Shown: one piece after another, positions 62,792 through 64,000 of the stretch
Layout: the number at the start of each line of letters is the position of its first letter
Position numbering within the stretch: the first letter of the stretch is position 1
Source: Anaeramoeba ignava BMAN
Lineage: Eukaryota > Protista > Anaeramoebae
Reading direction: 5' to 3'
Length of the DNA: 64,000 nt
Assembly (NCBI GenBank): GCA_028826165.1
Contig: JAPDFW010000069.1
Coordinates: 385,312 to 449,311, forward strand
Made by a program: the position numbers and the translations under genes
Notes under the pieces: model-generated
The model's input: the letters and a program-made list of their open reading frames with translations, nothing else
The model's database searches: none
Told to the model about the DNA's origin: nothing

Positions 62792-64000
62792 ATGAATGAT
62801 TGTTTATTTGTTTAACTAACATCCAAACTTTTCAAAATAAACCAGAAGAAATACTAAAACCAATTCATTTAATTTAATGAAAATGAAATGATGAAAATGA
62901 AATGAAATGCACAAATAAACAAATTTCAACAGCAAGATTTGGAAAATTCAATTTTCCTTGAATGGAAAAGGTCAATGAATATTTAAATCAAAATCTTGAC
63001 TGTCCAAACTGAATGGTGAAAATAGTCCGGTGCTAACTGGTTGGTTTTATGAAAATGTGAGTTTTAATGAAGGCTGAAGGAAAATGTATTTGCCAGTAAA
63101 AGGAAGTTATATCACATGTATATCAAAGAATTTGTCAATATGTTTCACTTAAGACCGAGATACATACATGATAGAATAATTGAGATATTATTTGAGAAAG
63201 CCTGAATTTACTATCATTATTATTAATTTCAAAACTAAAATGCTTATGAATTTGTCTCAAATTATTTTGGTCAATTTTATTTTATCTCCTGAACATCTCC
63301 ACAGACTAATAATATTAGCGAAAATATGCTTCTAGTATCTAGGAATCAACAGAAAGTCTTTTGAATTCAAATCAAGAATTATTGGATGCGTGTGGTTTGC
63401 AATTAATAGATAAGTAGTCAGTAACTTGGATTGAGAATCACGAAGAAACAAGAAATTCAAATTAACCGGTAAAATCCAAGCCATAAATATTCCAACAGGC
63501 AAAGCTAATTGATATCAATCTGATATTTCATTCAATAATGCTGATTGAAGATGATCAAAACAAACCAGAAAACTTTTATTATTCATGTGGATTTTACCAC
63601 TAATTGGCCTTGACGGCCAAAATGAAAGTTAATATTATATATATAATTTTGTCGGTAAAACAAAATTCATTCGTCTATTTGCATGACATGATTGTTATTC
63701 GGATTTTCTATGAATAATGGGAAATGTACCATACTTTTGATAACTTCCAAATCAAATTAATTGGCTTTGAGGTAACGAACAAGGCGGTCGAATTAGAACC
63801 GGAAATACATCAATAAAGAATTCATCAAATCGAACTCCCTAAATTAGCATTTGAACATTAATTATCATTTGTTCTGTACATATACATATAATTCATTATT
63901 TTCTTTATTATTCTCTTTTCTTTTCCTAACAATAGTAAGAGCAAGATTTGATATGCTGCCGAAGAGAATTCGTGTATATTTCAGAACCTCTGACTTCCTC
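62792..64000 (+). pseudogene. RCC1-BTB copy 7, heavily corrupted and truncated by the window edge
   Basis: Recognisable family segments (atgaatgattgtttattt, ttcaaatcaagaattattggatgcg, ttcattcaataatgctgattgaa). Confidence 0.6.

Noticed and set aside
59800-64000. Gradient of decay as biological subtelomeric pseudogenisation
   Set aside because: Steadily rising random indels fit a low-coverage contig end better. No telomeric repeat is seen.

Overview
Extremely AT-rich eukaryotic (protist) genomic DNA with short GT-AG spliceosomal introns, poly-EN/NQ protein inserts and large satellites. The style suggests an anaerobic metamonad such as Anaeramoeba (inference, not verified). Housekeeping genes: a TRIP12/Ufd4-like E3 ligase N-terminus, a divergent alpha-tubulin, UBLCP1, BROX, NBR1-like, PLPBP and NCAPG2. 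Also present are a PAS protein, a large Cys-rich membrane protein, and ten members of a modular 'variable N-terminal domain + tandem BTB' family (7 RCC1-BTB, 2 ankyrin-BTB, 1 Ras-like-BTB). The main find is an ankyrin-BTB gene that the ORF track largely misses (24743-30077, minus strand). Its introns are all phase 0, and it carries nine 3-nt and two 6-nt candidate micro-exons that encode the beta-hairpin residues of ankyrin repeats. One junction has surplus single-codon exons, suggesting splice-based diversification of a binding surface. The RCC1-BTB paralogs show loop-restricted hypervariability. Scattered homopolymer frameshifts and the degraded right end (beyond ~59.8 kb) look like long-read consensus errors.
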